Part shown: piece after piece, positions 48,306 through 63,164 of the stretch
How positions within the stretch are numbered: position 1 is the stretch's first letter
How the letters are laid out: every line of letters begins with the position of its first letter
Assembly (NCBI RefSeq): GCF_009914755.1
Contig: NC_060941.1
Direction: 5' to 3' (one strand)
Length of the DNA: 64,000 nt
From: the human T2T-CHM13v2.0 reference genome, Homo sapiens
The notes under the pieces: model-generated
Told to the model about the DNA's origin: nothing
The model's database searches: none
Seen by the model: only the letters and a program-made list of their open reading frames with translations
Position numbers and translations under genes: made by a program

Positions 48306-49685
48306 TGTGTTGCAGGAGGATGGGAGGTGAAGGGAGGCATTAGAGATGGTGGGTGCCAGTGGATTGCAGGGAAGGGAGCCTATTGGTGGGATTAATTACC
48401 TTCCCTCATCCTGGGAGCATCTTTGAGCTATGGGGAGGAAGCTATGGTAGTAGCTGCTGCTCCACGACTGATCACACATTGAATGATTGGTCATCTCTGC
48501 TCAGTAGTCTGTGGATCCAGCAACAGCCTGAGCTGGCTGAAGGCACCTTGCAAGTCCCTGGAAACCTCTTCATTCCAGACTTCAAGTGTTGGCCAGGGAA
48601 GGCTCCAGGTTAGAGCAGCTTAAGCTTTTCTTGTGCATGGATGGGTCCCTTTGGGAATATAGACTGTTTCTTCATTTTTGCAATAGGAAAAAACTTCCTC
48701 TATTTTTTTTTTCAATATTTCTCTCCTAATGTTTCTGCTTTGGCTCAGAGAGAATGGAGAACCCTGCTTCCTTTACTCATCTTGGGCAGGGCCAGGTGAG
48801 GGGACTTTGTCTCTTTGCTGACTTCACTCACCAGCTTCTCACAAAGGCAAGAGGAATTGCTCATATGAGTGTCCTGCATTCTCTGAGTGTGTTTAGCAAG
48901 TATAACGACAGGAGCCAAGATCATTTCTTTTTATTTCTGGTGCTCAACAACGTGGGTTTCCCCCTTCCTGGGGGTCCCCAGGAGTCAAGCACACCTAAGA
49001 CCCCACCTGGCTTTCTGGGCTGGCTGGCCAGGCACTGAATGTTCGTTCCAGAATCTCCAGCTCACCTGGGAGGGTTAGGGAGATGGGTCATCCTTGCTCA
49101 TGGGACAAGAGCATTAGGTTTGCCCCACAGACTCAGGCATTCTATTAGAAGAGGAAGTCCTGCTCAGCTCTCTGGGCTTTGAGACTGCACCAACCAGCCC
49201 ATGTTATTAGAGAAACTCTGCTTTAAGAAGCATCAGATGCTGGCTCAGAGGTTCTGATTCACAGCTATTCTTTTCTTTTCTGTATTGAGTTTCCCATTTG
49301 ACTATTTTTCCTTGACTATCTCTCCTTCAGTTAAGAACCTGGAAGGAAGGAGAAATTTGTGCCAGTATTCGAGTACCAGAATGCCATGTGCACCCTAAAC
49401 ACAAATAAGTGCACACATGTAATTTTAGGGGGATCACAGATCTCTCTAAGGAAACCAAGGAGAGCCATTAGAGTACTTCTCAAACATGAATGAGCCTATA
49501 AATCAGCCAGAGATCTTGCTGGAATGCAGAGCCTGATGCAGGTGGTCTGGGCTGGGCCTGAGATCTGCATTTCTAACAAGCTCAGAGGTTTCTATTCTAA
49601 GGCGTCTAGATCCTTGGTACTCAAAGGTGGTCTAGGGACCAGAAGGGTCAGCACCACCTGAGAGCTTCTTAGAAATGCAGAATCT

Positions 49686-50294
<609 letters not shown>

Positions 50295-51999
50295 TTGTCT
50301 CTTAAAACAAAAACAAACCCAAGCAGCAGATTCTCAGGCCCCATCCCAGACCTATAGAAACAGAAATTTTGGCCACCACTAGGTAGCTGGCTAATTGCTT
50401 TCTCATTTTTTTTTCCTATCAGCACCTTCAGGGTTATATTATGTAAACAGTTACAGTTGCTCTGGGCAGGACTTGGTTAAATCAGGGGCTTGTCAAGTAG
50501 GAAAATCACTAATTTCCCCAAGGAGCCTCAGAGATGCTGCTGGCAGCTGGCCCTCCTCTGTGAGTGGTTGGAGGCTGTAAACGGGACCTTGTGCAATGTT
50601 TGTGGAGGGTAATGTGGCTGCATTAATGATGATGCAGGAGCGTTCACAGAAGTGATTCTTGACTCTTTTAATTGCACCATTTCTCAACCTTAATGCTCCC
50701 TCCTTGCCATTTCTGAATTATATATCCACACACATCCAGACGCACACATATCGTAGATTAATTCTCCCACTCAAACTGATAAACTACCTAACACATCATT
50801 TATACTCATCTGTCTTTGCCCTAATCTAGCCAAACTCTTTTTCTTTGCTCTGTCAGCCACAGTGCTTTGAGAAAATTAGTCTTTAGCCTGCACTCCTGCA
50901 TACACTGTTCACGTGAGTCCTTTCCAAAGCTACCTAAGGAAATCGGGGGCTGATCAGGTTTCAAGCTCTTTCCTGCATTTTGACCTCATCCTGATGACGG
51001 CTCTTTAATCACCAGGATGGGTCAGTATTTTACGTACTGAAAGTTGTATTTTGTTCCCTCTCAAACAAAATAAGTTTCCCTCACATTGTGTTTTTCCACA
51101 CCTCTCACTACCACTCCCACCAGCGCAAACAACTTGTCCTGACATTTAAACGAGATATGCTGTTTTCCACAGTCAGCACCTCTACTTGTCTTCCCAGCCT
51201 GCCTAGTCTCACTCTCTCCTTGACTCCTGGGTGACAGATTCCAAGAGACAACAGCCATATTGCCTTAGCCAGAGACAGTGCTCTCCTCTCTCGCCTCCTC
51301 TGGCACAAGGGAAAAGACCCACAGTTTTGATTCTGCCTTGGGGTCCTGCCCATTGCTGCTCCTGCTACCTCTCTGAGTTCATAGACTTGGAGTCTTGCTT
51401 GTCCAGGCTCATGAAACCCTGCAGGACATATCCTAGTCCAGCTAATGTCTGTGTTCGTGTCTCTTTGAACCTGGCCCTGCGGTGCTCCTGGAGTCTTTCA
51501 GGCTCCTTGGGTTCTCCTGAAACTCACCTCTTGCATTTAAACAGCTGCCTCAGCACTTGTCGACATCTGCCTGCCTAGCTGGATTTCCAGTCTCTGTGCT
51601 GCTCCTCCCAGGAAGTCCTGTCCTACCCTAGTTCCGGGCCTGGCTCCCGTCAGAATCCAGATGTGAGCTTCCTTCTTTAGTTGAGCTAACTCCAGGGACT
51701 TGGTTTGTCTCTTGTGACCTCCCCAAATGGAGCTAAATGAAGCTAAGGGACATGAGCGATGCAAGGATGCCTCCTCGTAAAAACCCAGTAAGAGTCCAAG
51801 AAACCTACTGTGGCAAACTGGCAAGCTCCCTTAATTTGGAATTGGGGGTATGGATGTGGGGAGAGAGTTGGGGGCAATCTTCCCTGCATAAACAGCTCGC
51901 TGGAAGACTTAGGAGTCAGCACAATGTTCCATATTAAAGTTAAAAACTAGCTGAACTATAGGGCCAAGGGCGGTTTTAGATTTCCGCCCCCTCCCGACC

Positions 52000-52297
52000 T
52001 TTTTTTTTTTTTTTTTTTTTGAGACAGAGTCTGGCTCGCCCAGGCTGGAGTGCAGTGGCATGACCTCGGCTCACTGCAGCCTCCACCTCCCGGGTTCAAG
52101 CAATTCTCCCTGCCTCAGCCTCCCGAGTAGCTGGGATTACAGGCACCTGCCACCACGCCCAGCTAATTTTTGTATTTTTAGTAGAGACAGGGTTTCACCA
52201 TCTTGGCCAGGTTGGTCTCGAGCTCCTGACCTAGTGATCTGCCCACCTTGGCCTCCCAAAGTGCTGGGATTACAGGTGTGAGCCACTATGCCCGGCC
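52000..52297 (-). mobile_element. Alu (AluS-like)
   Basis: Poly-T plus antisense Alu. Confidence 0.95.
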
Positions 52298-53670
52298 CCT
52301 TATTCATTTTTATTGCACACAATCAAACATATTAACTTCCTAAACTTCTTAGTAACTTTCCAAACAAATTATGGGAGAGAATCAGCTGTTAGGTTGGGAC
52401 TGTATTAGAGGCTATTTCTGTTGTCAATTTTGTGGACAAACAATTTGTCCTGTATAGAGACTAAATTCTTGATCAGCTATTTCAACACTGCTTGCAAAAC
52501 CCTCATCTAATTCTTCATCTCCTTGACCATTGGCTCTGCTGGGCTCTTGCTCTGAATAAATTGCACTGCCATATTTCTCCACTCCTTGCCTGCAGGGTCT
52601 TTCTAGAAAGAGCTATGAGTCAATTCCTGTAGGTCACCCACAGATTCATACAATTGGATCTCAATGGGGCTTTCACTGATACTTTTCAAGGCTTCCCTTC
52701 ACCACCTGATGAGGGGCTCACTCTCCACACCCCCCAAGCCCCTGACTTCATTCCCACTCTCACATTCTCTGCTGATAACCTCAACTCTTGCTTTATGAAG
52801 AAGTCATTGCAAGTAGGGCAGAGGGGAAAGAAGGAAGAACACCAAAGGGAAAAAGTCAAGAAAGAACAGAGTGAGAAAATGAGACAGGCTGAGAGGGGGT
52901 GCTTTGGTAGCAGGCAGGCAGAGGAGAATGATCTTCCCATTTCATGGCATGGAAGAAGGAAGAAATGCTCTTCTATGCGCCAGCTGCCTTACTCAGTCCC
53001 GAGGGGCTTTTGCCAGCCCCCTGCTAGCTCCATCTCCTCCCACTGACCTTGTGATCTCCCTGGCCCCAGGTTTTGGTTGAAAATGAAAGATACTTACAGC
53101 AGAAGCAGACATCTGCACGTAAAAGATGACTGCTTCTTCATTAGTTTTGTTTGTGTTTTTTTTGTTTTGTTTTGTTTTTTGTTTTTTTTTTTTTTTTAGT
53201 TTACAGGAAGAGCAAATGATATAAACTGCAGCAATGCCAGGGAAGGCTGTGAGGAGTTCCTGGCATCTCTCATGACACACAGAGTCAATAATTCAAGATC
53301 TGATTTCAGAGTTGAAGAAGCTCAAGGTGATAGCCAAGCCCTCCTTCCAAACAGGAAGAACAGGTGCAAGAGTTTGAGGTGACACCAGAGAGAACTGTGT
53401 GCCTGGCTGCGCATAAGATTGTGGGATTATCAAGAAAAGTTGGAAAGCGGGAGATGAAAAGGCTAAACTCAAAGGCTTTTCTCAAGGAAGGATGGTCTTG
53501 TTTGTGTCACAGTGCTCTGGGGGCAGAAGAGACTCCTGGGGACTGAATACAGATGGCTTCTGAATTTGTTTACATTTTCTATCAGAACTGACATTTACTT
53601 CTGGTCACACGATGTTTTTCTTCTATCACCTTTACCCTCTTTTGTGTTCTCTTTTCTGTCTTTTATCCTT

Positions 53671-53990
53671 TATCAGTCAAAGTCCAGCCAGAAAAACAGA
53701 AACCATGCTAAATATTTCAAACACAGGGGGACTACTAGATAGAACATGTTACAAAAGCACTGGGAGGGCTGAGAGAGCCATAACGAGGAGAGGGGAGGAA
53801 GATGAGCTACCACAGAGATTGGAAATTCCAGGAAGCTGTGATTTTCCCTAGGACTGAAGGAACCAAACAAGGGGGTTCTAGAGCCCAGTAGCACAGTGGT
53901 GGCTGACCCTGCTGGAGGCTGCAGCTGCTATTCAAAGAAATCACTGCTGCACTGTAGATAGCAACAAGAGGCCATTGGAAGCTGCAGCTA

Positions 53991-54052
<62 letters not shown>

Positions 54053-54215
54053 GTCTAGAGCCATCTCTGGGCCCTGTAGGTATTGGCCACTTCTGGCCAT
54101 CACCCACAGCAGCCACAGCTGGGACGGAGCAGAGCATGAGATGGCAGGAATGGCATTGAGGCCAAATAGGCAATGACAGGCACATTCCCTCAATCCGTTC
54201 ACCTCTCAGTCTTGC
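53671..54215 (-). mobile_element. ERVL LTR relic (LTR33-like)
   Basis: tatcagtcaaagtccagccagaaaaacagaaaccatgct terminus resembles the LTR33/16 group. Confidence 0.5.
53992..54051. repeat. Pure (CTG)20/(CAG)20 trinucleotide repeat
   Basis: 20 uninterrupted CTG units counted. Confidence 0.98.
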
Positions 54216-54401
54216 TTTCTCTTAATTCTTCTACATTGCTCTTTTCCTTCCCTCACTACATGCAATTGACCCACGTTCATTGAGCACCTAACATGTGCCA
54301 GGAATTGGGCTAGAATTGGGGGGACAAGAGGAGTGGATTTGGAAATATAAAAGCAGTGACCTGTTTTCAAGCTGCTTACAGATCAGAAATACCCCTCTCA
54401 C

Positions 54402-54403
<2 letters not shown>

Positions 54404-54446
<43 letters not shown>
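54404..54446. repeat. Poly-T (43 nt)
   Basis: Uninterrupted T run with no adjacent Alu/L1 body. Confidence 0.95.
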
Positions 54447-54447
<1 letters not shown>

Positions 54448-56207
54448 GGGAGGCGGGAAGATAAGCTTCTAGAAATGAGTCCTTTTAAGTTCCCTCCACT
54501 TTTCCCTTACTGGAGTTCTTTTTGTTTAAATCTTAGGGCAGCTTCTTACCGATTTGCTCAGTCAGTGGGCAACACTGAGAATCTACATCATACATTGGAC
54601 TCTGCTAGGAGCAGTGAGAGAAAAGAAGCATATTCTTTAGGGCCTTTACCCCTGAGGACCTTACAAGCTAATGAGGGGATACTTACATACATGATGGAGG
54701 GAATAGAATCGTGATGGGACAGGTTGATGGGCTGATTTCTTAGACACTATTTGTACGACAGACGCGACTGCCATGGGAGTGAGTGGGGTCAGGGCAAGCT
54801 TCATGGGGAAGGAGGCTCGGCCTGGACCTAGGGAATGGGGGGAATGCATCCCAAGAGAGGAATATACAGGAAACTTAGCCAGATGTGCACACGGCTCACC
54901 CTCCTGCTTCTTGCCCCAAAGCTGCCACTGTCATCAGCCTCTGGGCTATGGAAACATCCAACATCAGAGGGCAGAAATGCAACAGAGTTCTGATTATTCT
55001 CTTTTCCACACAGTTTTAGTACAATGACCTTGGGTGAGTCATTTGACCATTTGGGGCCTCGGTTTGTGACAAAGAGATACTTACCCTATTCCCAATTACA
55101 GGGATCTGAACAGATCAAATCTTGTTCCATCCTGCTGTCAGATCCAGGACTCACATGAGACATGGGTTTGGGGGGTTGGTTCTGATTTACCTGGAGGAGA
55201 ATAGAATCCTCATGAGGACCAGCAGAAGCCCTTGGTCCTTCCTCCTGCCCAACAGTCCCATCTATTTTCTCTTTTCTCCCATAGCACCTGTCTTGGAGCT
55301 GCTGGGGCACTTGGAGAGACGCTCAGGTTCATTCTTCTAGGTGGATAGTATGTAGAACCTGCCTGGCTCATGATCCCCCTAGGCCAGCACCTATGTCATT
55401 GTGCGGGAAGCAATGCCCTTTACAGCCTGTGTAGGGACAGGCTGCCCAGCAGACACGCTGGGCAGAGGCTGATGTGGGATGGGCTGCTCCTGGTCCCTTG
55501 CCCTCCTTCCCCAGCCCTCTGCCCCAGCACTGCTCCTCTAATGCTGTCCCACGCTTGTTTGTGCCTGCAAACACTTCTGGACTCATTGGCTGTCCCCATA
55601 ATGAACAGTGACAGTTCATCATATTACCAGCTTGCTTCTCTGGCAGGGAGGTTAAGGGCTGGAGTGACTCATTAGCATCTACCTGGAAGGGCACCAGGCA
55701 GTCTCGCTTTCCCTCCTCCCAGGGTCATGCTCTTCTTCCCAGGCTCCTGGTTGCAGCTCTAAGCTGTGTGTCCCCTTCCACTGGTGTGTCGTGAGTAGTT
55801 ATGAAGAGGGTTCCAGTAATTTGTTGCTCAATAGTAGTGACACCAGGAGAGGATGTACCTTATTCACTTTTGAAAATTTGGAACAGTCACCTTCACTCAC
55901 TAGAATTCCAAGGTGCTTTCTTGGGTAGGAGAGAAAAGGTAGAGTCACCAGGAGCTGGGAGAGCATGCTTTGGGTTTGTCCCTGGGAACACGAGTGTGAA
56001 TGAATGTCATCCATGAGATTGGTTGCTGTCAGAGGAGGATTGGGAACAAGTCTGCTGTCAGTCCTCAGCCTCCTGACTGTTGGTTGGGATAGGCAGATGA
56101 AGGTGGATTGTCGTGGATAGATATTTCCAGGGTATCTTCCAAAACAGCATGTCTTAAATATGAATGACATATAAATCACCTGAGGATCTTGTTAAAATGC
56201 CAACTGA

Positions 56208-56502
56208 GGCGGGTCATGGTGGCTCACACCTGTAATCTCAGCATTTTGGGAGGCTGAGGTGGGCGTATCACCTGGGGTCAGGCGTTTGAGACCAGCCTGG
56301 CCAACATGGTGAAACCCCATCTCTACTAAAAGTACAAAAATTAGCCAGGTGTGGTGGTGGGTGCCTGTTATCCCAGCTATTCAGGAGGCTGAGGCGGGAG
56401 AATCACTGGAACCTGGGAGGCAGAGGTTTCAGTGAGCCGAGACCATGCCATTGCACTCTAGCCTGGGTGACAGAGCGAGACTCCATCTCAAAAAAAAAAA
56501 AA
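56208..56502 (+). mobile_element. Alu (AluS-like) inserted in a MER5-type relic
   Basis: Full dimer; preceded by atcacctgaggatcttgttaaaatgc; TSD-like gccaact. Confidence 0.95.
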
Positions 56503-57413
56503 AGCCAACTTATTCAGTAGATCTGGGTGAGGCTAGTTGGGGACTTCCAGGTTCTGGTGTAAAAAATGGGAAATTTGTTGAGGTTTCTAAAATGAAACCA
56601 TTCTCGACTTCTTCAAATAAAGCTCTGATGGTTGAATGCTTTCTAAATGGTCTCTCTTTTCCTATGGCTACTAAACGGAGGCCAGGGCAGACCCCAGTAA
56701 CCATGCCAGAGGTTGGCTACACATGCATATGTTCATATGCTATTCTGGAATGCTTGGCCTACTCCTGAAAAATCATTACATAATACTTCTCCAGTTAATT
56801 GCAATCACAGAAGAATCAAAATGTAAAGCTGAAGAAGATTTTAGAAAATCTCTACCATTCTGTCAGTTTAGGGATTCTGAAACCAGGTCCAAATGCTTAA
56901 GTTACTCGCTTGGCACCTAATATAGGGACTGACCCATCAGTATTGATTGATCCAATTAATGAAATGGCCAGTATCATATCTTATAAAGTCCATCTGAACA
57001 AGGACCTTTTTTGTCATTGTTTTTTGAGACTTTCTACATGAGGAGTTGCAACCCTATGTCTACAGAGGCTGAGGACCTAATGTAGCCAAGGGGAGAGGGC
57101 TGGGGGTGGGCCTTAGGGAGATAAATGACACTTGATTTTTCCAGAGAAACCAGAAATCTAGAGGTAGGTGAAATTTCATTTAAAACTATTGGCAGCTAAT
57201 TCAAATTTAAAACAGGATGCTACATCACCAAACAAGACAAGTGGTCTAGGCAACTTGTTTTCAGCCTCTGATCTTCATGGATGTCAGGGATTAAAAAGTG
57301 ATCTTAGTTCACTTAGTGTGTTTGGATGTCATGATGCAGTGCCAAGGCTTAGGAAATACTTTCCTTGTTAGCCTAGTCAGAAAGAGAGTTTCTTCTTTAA
57401 GAAGGGAAGCTTA

Positions 57414-57707
<294 letters not shown>

Positions 57708-58029
57708 GGAAAGCTTGCTAACAGTTAGGATGTGGGAGATGAATTGGACTACAAATTCTCTCTCCAAGGAACCAGAATAAGAGATGTTTGAAAGATTTAA
57801 CTCAGCTTGGAACACGCTTGGAAGTTGCTTCAGTATGGGGATCTTCATTACTCCAAGCCAAGTACCTGGGGATTTTTCTGAGCTTAACTGCTCCCTTAAT
57901 GAGAAATCCATAAAAGGCTTCCAGTATTTACCTACACATGGGGTTAGAAGTTCCAAGTATGCTGCAATCTCAGGACAGTTGGAACAGGTACAAAGTGTAG
58001 GCACCTGTTTATCTAATAGAAGTATCTCA

Positions 58030-58257
58030 TAAATGTTTCATTGAAGTACAACATACCTCAGAAAAGCACAGAGGAGGATTCCATACAAGGAATTTTTGCA
58101 AACTGAACATATTTGTGTATCCAGCACTCAAGTAAAAAACAATATGACTAGAATTCTAGAAGCCCTTCATGCCTCCTTTTCTAGTCACTAACCTCTCTAT
58201 TTCCATGCCACGAGGGGGACCACGATTCCAACTTCCAATAGTGTAGATTATCTGTGT

Positions 58258-58289
<32 letters not shown>

Positions 58290-59050
58290 AGTGGTGTAGT
58301 GTGTGCCTTATTTTTCTCAACATTCTTTGTAAGATTAATTCATCCATATTGTGTGTAGTTGTGTTGCTGTCATGTATCATTGCTCTAAGTATTCCATTCT
58401 GTGTATATACTACTATTTATCCATTCTTCTGTTGATGGGTATTTGGGTACTTTCCATTTGGGATGCTGCTATGAGACTTCCAGTACACTTCTTTTGGTGA
58501 ACACATGCACACATTTCTTTGAGACAAATGCCTAGGAATGGAATGGCTGGGTCATCAGGTATGCATACGTTAAGCTCTAGTGAATGTTGCCAAATAGCTT
58601 TACAAAGTGACTGCAAAAATTTACATTCCTGCCGCTAGCATATGGGAGCTCTGGTCACTCCACATTCGCATAAACACTTATTAAAAAAGAAAAGTTTAGA
58701 TTTTTATTTAGTGGTGGTAGTGTATCAGATCACTGATTTAATTAGCATCTTCCTGAAGACTGACAAAGTCAAAGCCTTTTTAAAAAATATATTTAATGGC
58801 CATTTGGATAACCTCACCTGTGACCAGACTATTCAAATATTTTGACCATTAAAACATGTGGCTTGTCCTTTCATTCTCTAACTGGTGTCTTTGGATAAGT
58901 AGAGGTTCTTAACTTTACTGTTGACCAATTTATCAACTTTTCTTGTCTTTATGCTTAGCCCTTTTGTGTCCTATTTAAAAAATCTTTGTCTACCCCAAGG
59001 TCACGAAGATGTTTTCCTTGAAAAGTTTTACCTGTCACATTTTGAATACA
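58030..59050 (-). mobile_element. Old L1 3' part (L1MC/ME-like) containing (TG)n at 58253-58305
   Basis: tttatccattcttctgttgatgggtatttggg...cctaggaatggaatggctgggtcat...aaatctttgtctaccccaaggtcacgaagat. Confidence 0.85.
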
Positions 59051-59129
59051 AATCTGAGGAAGCGTCTTTGCATCTTCTAGTGATATTTTTTCCCGGGCTC
59101 AGTGAATCTACGGCAGGGCTGAGGGGTAA

Positions 59130-59357
59130 TAAATCCATAATGGTAGGAGCAAGGAGCCAAAATCAGACTTCAGGCTCTTCCAGTTATCAGCTGTTTAACG
59201 TTAGGCAATTGTTTAAGCTTGCTGTGCCTCAGTTTCCCAGGGGTAATAATCCTGCCTTCTTCATAGTTTTCTGGTAAGGGCCCATTATGTCAATACAAGG
59301 CTGAGAACTGTACCTGGCATGAAACAAACATCACTAAGCGTTAGTTATTATTATTGG
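59130..59357 (+). mobile_element. MIR
   Basis: ttaggcaattgtttaagcttgctgtgcctcagtttcc...gagaactgtacctggcat. Confidence 0.75.
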
Positions 59358-59852
59358 GCTTATTTTAACAAGCTAAGGGCAAGAAGAAGCAGGAAGAGGA
59401 GAGAAAGAAGGAGAGGGAAATCAGTGTGTTGCAAATGTTGGAGAGAATGGAAGAAAGGGGTAGAAAGCCATTTATCTCTACCCAACACTCTTAAATTAGG
59501 TGATGGGTCATAAACTGTCAGAGTACAAAAGCCAGAAGCTTCCAATAAATAAAGAAAAATATTTGGGGATAAATAAATAAGAAAGTCCAGATTATCAACA
59601 AACATCCTGGTCACATTGAGCCTTTTCCTGGGGTTGGGAAGAATGGGCCACAGTCTTACTAATTATTTTAAACTCATAGATAGGTGATAATTTATTAAGC
59701 CAGTTAATATGAAGGGAAGCTGTGGTTTGGGGAAAAGTCAGCTGTGCTGACAATCCAGCAATTGAGTTTTCCATCCCCACTTCCTAGAGTCAGATCCTCA
59801 CCTGGGCAAAATTGCCCTCCAGGCAATTTTGGTAGACATTAAAATTCTAGAC

Positions 59853-60014
59853 TAGTGATCCTCAGACTTTGAATGTGGATCAGAATCACCTGGAGGGCTA
59901 CCCTCACTTTCTAATTCAATAGACCCGAGGTTGGAACTGAGAAATCTCAAGTCTGACAAGTTTCTGGGAGATGTGGAGGATGCTTCTCCAGGGACCATGC
60001 TTTGAAAACAACTG
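59853..60014. mobile_element. MER5A-like MITE
   Basis: agtgatcctcagactttgaatgtggatcagaatcacctggaggg...gggaccatgctttgaaaaca. Confidence 0.8.
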
Positions 60015-60024
60015 ACATAAACTA

Positions 60025-60315
60025 AGAGTTGGCAAACTACATCCCGTGGGCCAATCTGGCCTGCTGCCTGTTTATATGTGGCCCACAAACTGAGAATGGT
60101 TTTCACATCTTTAAATGTTTGGGAAAAAAAGGGTATTTTGTGACACATCCAAATTATGTGAAATTCAAATTTCAGTATCCATAAACAAAGCTTTATTGGA
60201 ACACAGCCACGTGCATTCATTTATGTGTTGTCTGTGGCTGCTTTTGTGCCACAATTGCAGAGTTGAGTAGTTGTGAGAGAGACCGTGGGGCCCACACACA
60301 ATATTTACTTTTGTC
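60025..60315. mobile_element. MER58B-like hAT-Charlie element
   Basis: gttggcaaactacatcccgtgggccaatctggcctgctgcctgttt...ttattggaacacagccac...gcagagttgagtagttg. Confidence 0.85.
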
Positions 60316-60582
60316 TCTATATCTTTTTCACATTAGTGACGCCAATCAACCTGACACCATAAAACCCCCTGAGAAGTCCTTGCCTACGGCTGCTTGCTGA
60401 GGGAAACGGCTGCAGAAAGTTACTGACAGGTGTCCTTGTTCTGTGCCACATGTGTCTAATTTGACTTGTACTGGACACATGATCGAAGATCTGGTCAGTG
60501 ACGTGTGTCTCTCCTCACAGCTAATCAGGTTCACCTTTATGAGGATCTTAACTAGTTATGTGGGTAGGCAATTGTTCATTGC

Positions 60583-61494
60583 TGCAGAGAGTATAAGCTA
60601 AAAAATTCCTAAGCCCCCTCAACCGACTGGACAGATCCCCTCTTGGCCAAGGAGACCCCACAGCAAACTTAAGAACTGGGTTCCCAGCCATGATGGAATG
60701 GGAGGCAAAACATGTCTCCTTATACCCCACCCTTTTGTGGTTTAGACACAACAACTCATCAGCATTCATGTTAAAGTAGGGATCATCAGACTGACAATAG
60801 AATATCAAATTATAAACAGTACCTAAGGCCATGCCATGCAAGGGTTAAGTCATGCAGGCTACACCTAAATAATAAACTATGTTCTAACTGCCACAAGGGT
60901 TTTATTTTTCTCTAGCAGCTGAACAAGCACTGGCCTCAAGTTAAATAATATGAAAACAATGACAATTCATCCAGCCCCACAGGCACTGACTGAGCCCCTG
61001 TTCCACCAGCCATGACTACTGCTTCGGTTGGACAAGAGACTGATTTCAGGAACTTTCTCCAGATAAGAAGACCACCAACCATGGACGGGTTCTGGCCGGT
61101 TTACAGAGGCTGTGCAGTTGAGTGCCTTCATGTCCTGAAAAGACCTTATGACATACTATGCCTAACTGTCATATATTGAAATATTAAGTCTTCACCCTAA
61201 GGTGAACATGGGTCGTATGTTACATGCATGCTTGTTCAATATGCATGTGTGGGGACCACTTTTATGAATATTCATAGCCTCTCCTATAACCTGTTGAATA
61301 TGTATGTTCAGGCAACCCGGTCAGCATAAAGCTCCTGCCCTAACCCCTCATCCTTTGAAATGCTTGTCTCTGGTCTTGGCTGGAGGCTGTATTTCCCAGC
61401 CTACTGGATGGCCACCTCGCAGGATGTAACCCCTTACAAGAAATAGTCTCCCCTCTCTTTTCCAAATGTATACATGTTTTTTTTTAGGTTAACA
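60583..61494 (+). mobile_element. ERV1 solo LTR, MER4 group (MER49-like), ~910 bp
   Basis: aattcctaagccccctcaaccgactgga...cctcttggccaaggagacccc...; ends tttttaggttaaca. Confidence 0.8.
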
Positions 61495-63164
61495 GGTGCT
61501 AAAGTAAAATAAAAAATGCAGAGAGAGGGGACAATGCACATCTATCACAAGGCAGAAGCAGCCACGGGGATGCTGACATTGTGAGGGTGAAGGGCAATCA
61601 GCTGTCCTGAGGCAGAGGAGAGCTGAGTTAACAGCCAAGCACTAGGGTGGAGATCAGAAAACACTCCATGGAAGGGGCAGCAGGAAGACCTGGTCACTAA
61701 GCTGCTTTGTGCCTTGAAGAACGTGTCTGCCTCCTGAGCCAGGGGGTCCCAATTCCTGCAGGATCCCTGGCCCCATGGGAGTCCTGCTGGTAGACAGGGA
61801 TAGTGACTGTTCTTTGGCAGCAAGAGTAGGACGTCTCTCAGTGCACGGATACTCTGGCCTTACCAGCGTGGGAGGCTCCCACACACACCACCCACATGTG
61901 GCTCAGCTTGGACTGGTCCCCACACCCCCATGCACCTAAATCTTACTCTTCAAGACTTCCCACTTGTAAACTTTCCCAGATCTTCCTTGCTTCTCCTGTT
62001 CTTCCTGACCAGTAATGCATCTTCCCTCAGACCTATCCTGTGGCCAGTGGCTCTCTACCTTTCACTATGACTTTTTTTTTTTAAGTCACCCATTACAGGT
62101 TTGAAAAGTGACTTGAAGAATGAGCCTTTTTTTTTTGTCCCTGTCAGTCCCAGCAGAGGCCTTGCACATGGTGAAAGCTCGAGATCACAGACGGTCAGGT
62201 CATCCTGCTCTGACATGACCACCCCACCCCTACCCACCGTGGCCATTTTACAGAGCAGAAGACTGAGGCCCAGAGAAGTGATGAGATTTGACAACGTTAG
62301 TCTGCCAAGTCTCATCTCGTCTGGGACAGGAAGAGCCGATGTCCCTGGTGGGTTCCTGTTTAAAGCCCCAGCCTCCTTCACACTTCTAAATCCCTTCTCC
62401 ACACTTCAGATGAGGGAACCTGAGTTAATTTCAAGGGCTTTCAATGACCATTTGCAATTAACTGTATGGGAAATATCTTCAGTCAATTAGCTTTGGCACT
62501 TTTCTAGGGCTGTCACCAACCTGCTCTGGAGCAATCAGACTTAATTATCTTGTTGTCTTTTCTTCTTTGTTTTTTAACGTTAATCTCATTTGTGAGGGTT
62601 TCTGTAAACAACTGGGTAAGCAGAGACTTAATTTGAATGAAGACAATTTGGACAAAGTAACTGTATTTTACCAAAAACTGGAAGGCTTTAAAAACCTCAG
62701 TTGAGTCTGTCCTATAGTTTATGGGGTCTTCATGTTCTCCTAAAATCACTAGAATTCAGCTCCTAGGGAACAGAAATTTAACCCTATAGGGAAGCTCACT
62801 TTTTCTTTTGGCTTGTTTTTTGAGCAGCAAAGAGCACAGAAGAGGAACTCAGGAGGGGACAGCCAGTGTTTTGTTTGGGTTCAACCTCTTCAGACCCAGT
62901 AATAAACTTACTGAATTAAACTAAACAGCCCTTTAATAGCAGTAACTGATGGCTGCTTAGGGAGGGAGCAAGATGCAGCACAGCATTTAAAAACGAGACA
63001 CAAGGAAGATTAGCAGGGGTTTGCAGTGAGCACTTGTCTCTTCTGCCTACTTCCCCATGAATTCTGCCTCCAAGAGTGGCATCCTTATTTTCTTTAGCAA
63101 CCAGTCCCCTGCCAGGACTAGGAAAATCCTTGCCATTTGAGGAAGGATGAGCCACCACCACCCA

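Noticed and set aside
53807-54202. Poly-Ala and poly-Ser ORFs
   Set aside because: By-products of the CTG repeat in an LTR relic; no exon context.
50700-55700. Scattered E-box, AP-1 and GATA motifs in repeat-poor sequence (possible enhancers)
   Set aside because: Short motifs at a density compatible with chance; no CpG island or promoter signature can be supported from sequence alone.
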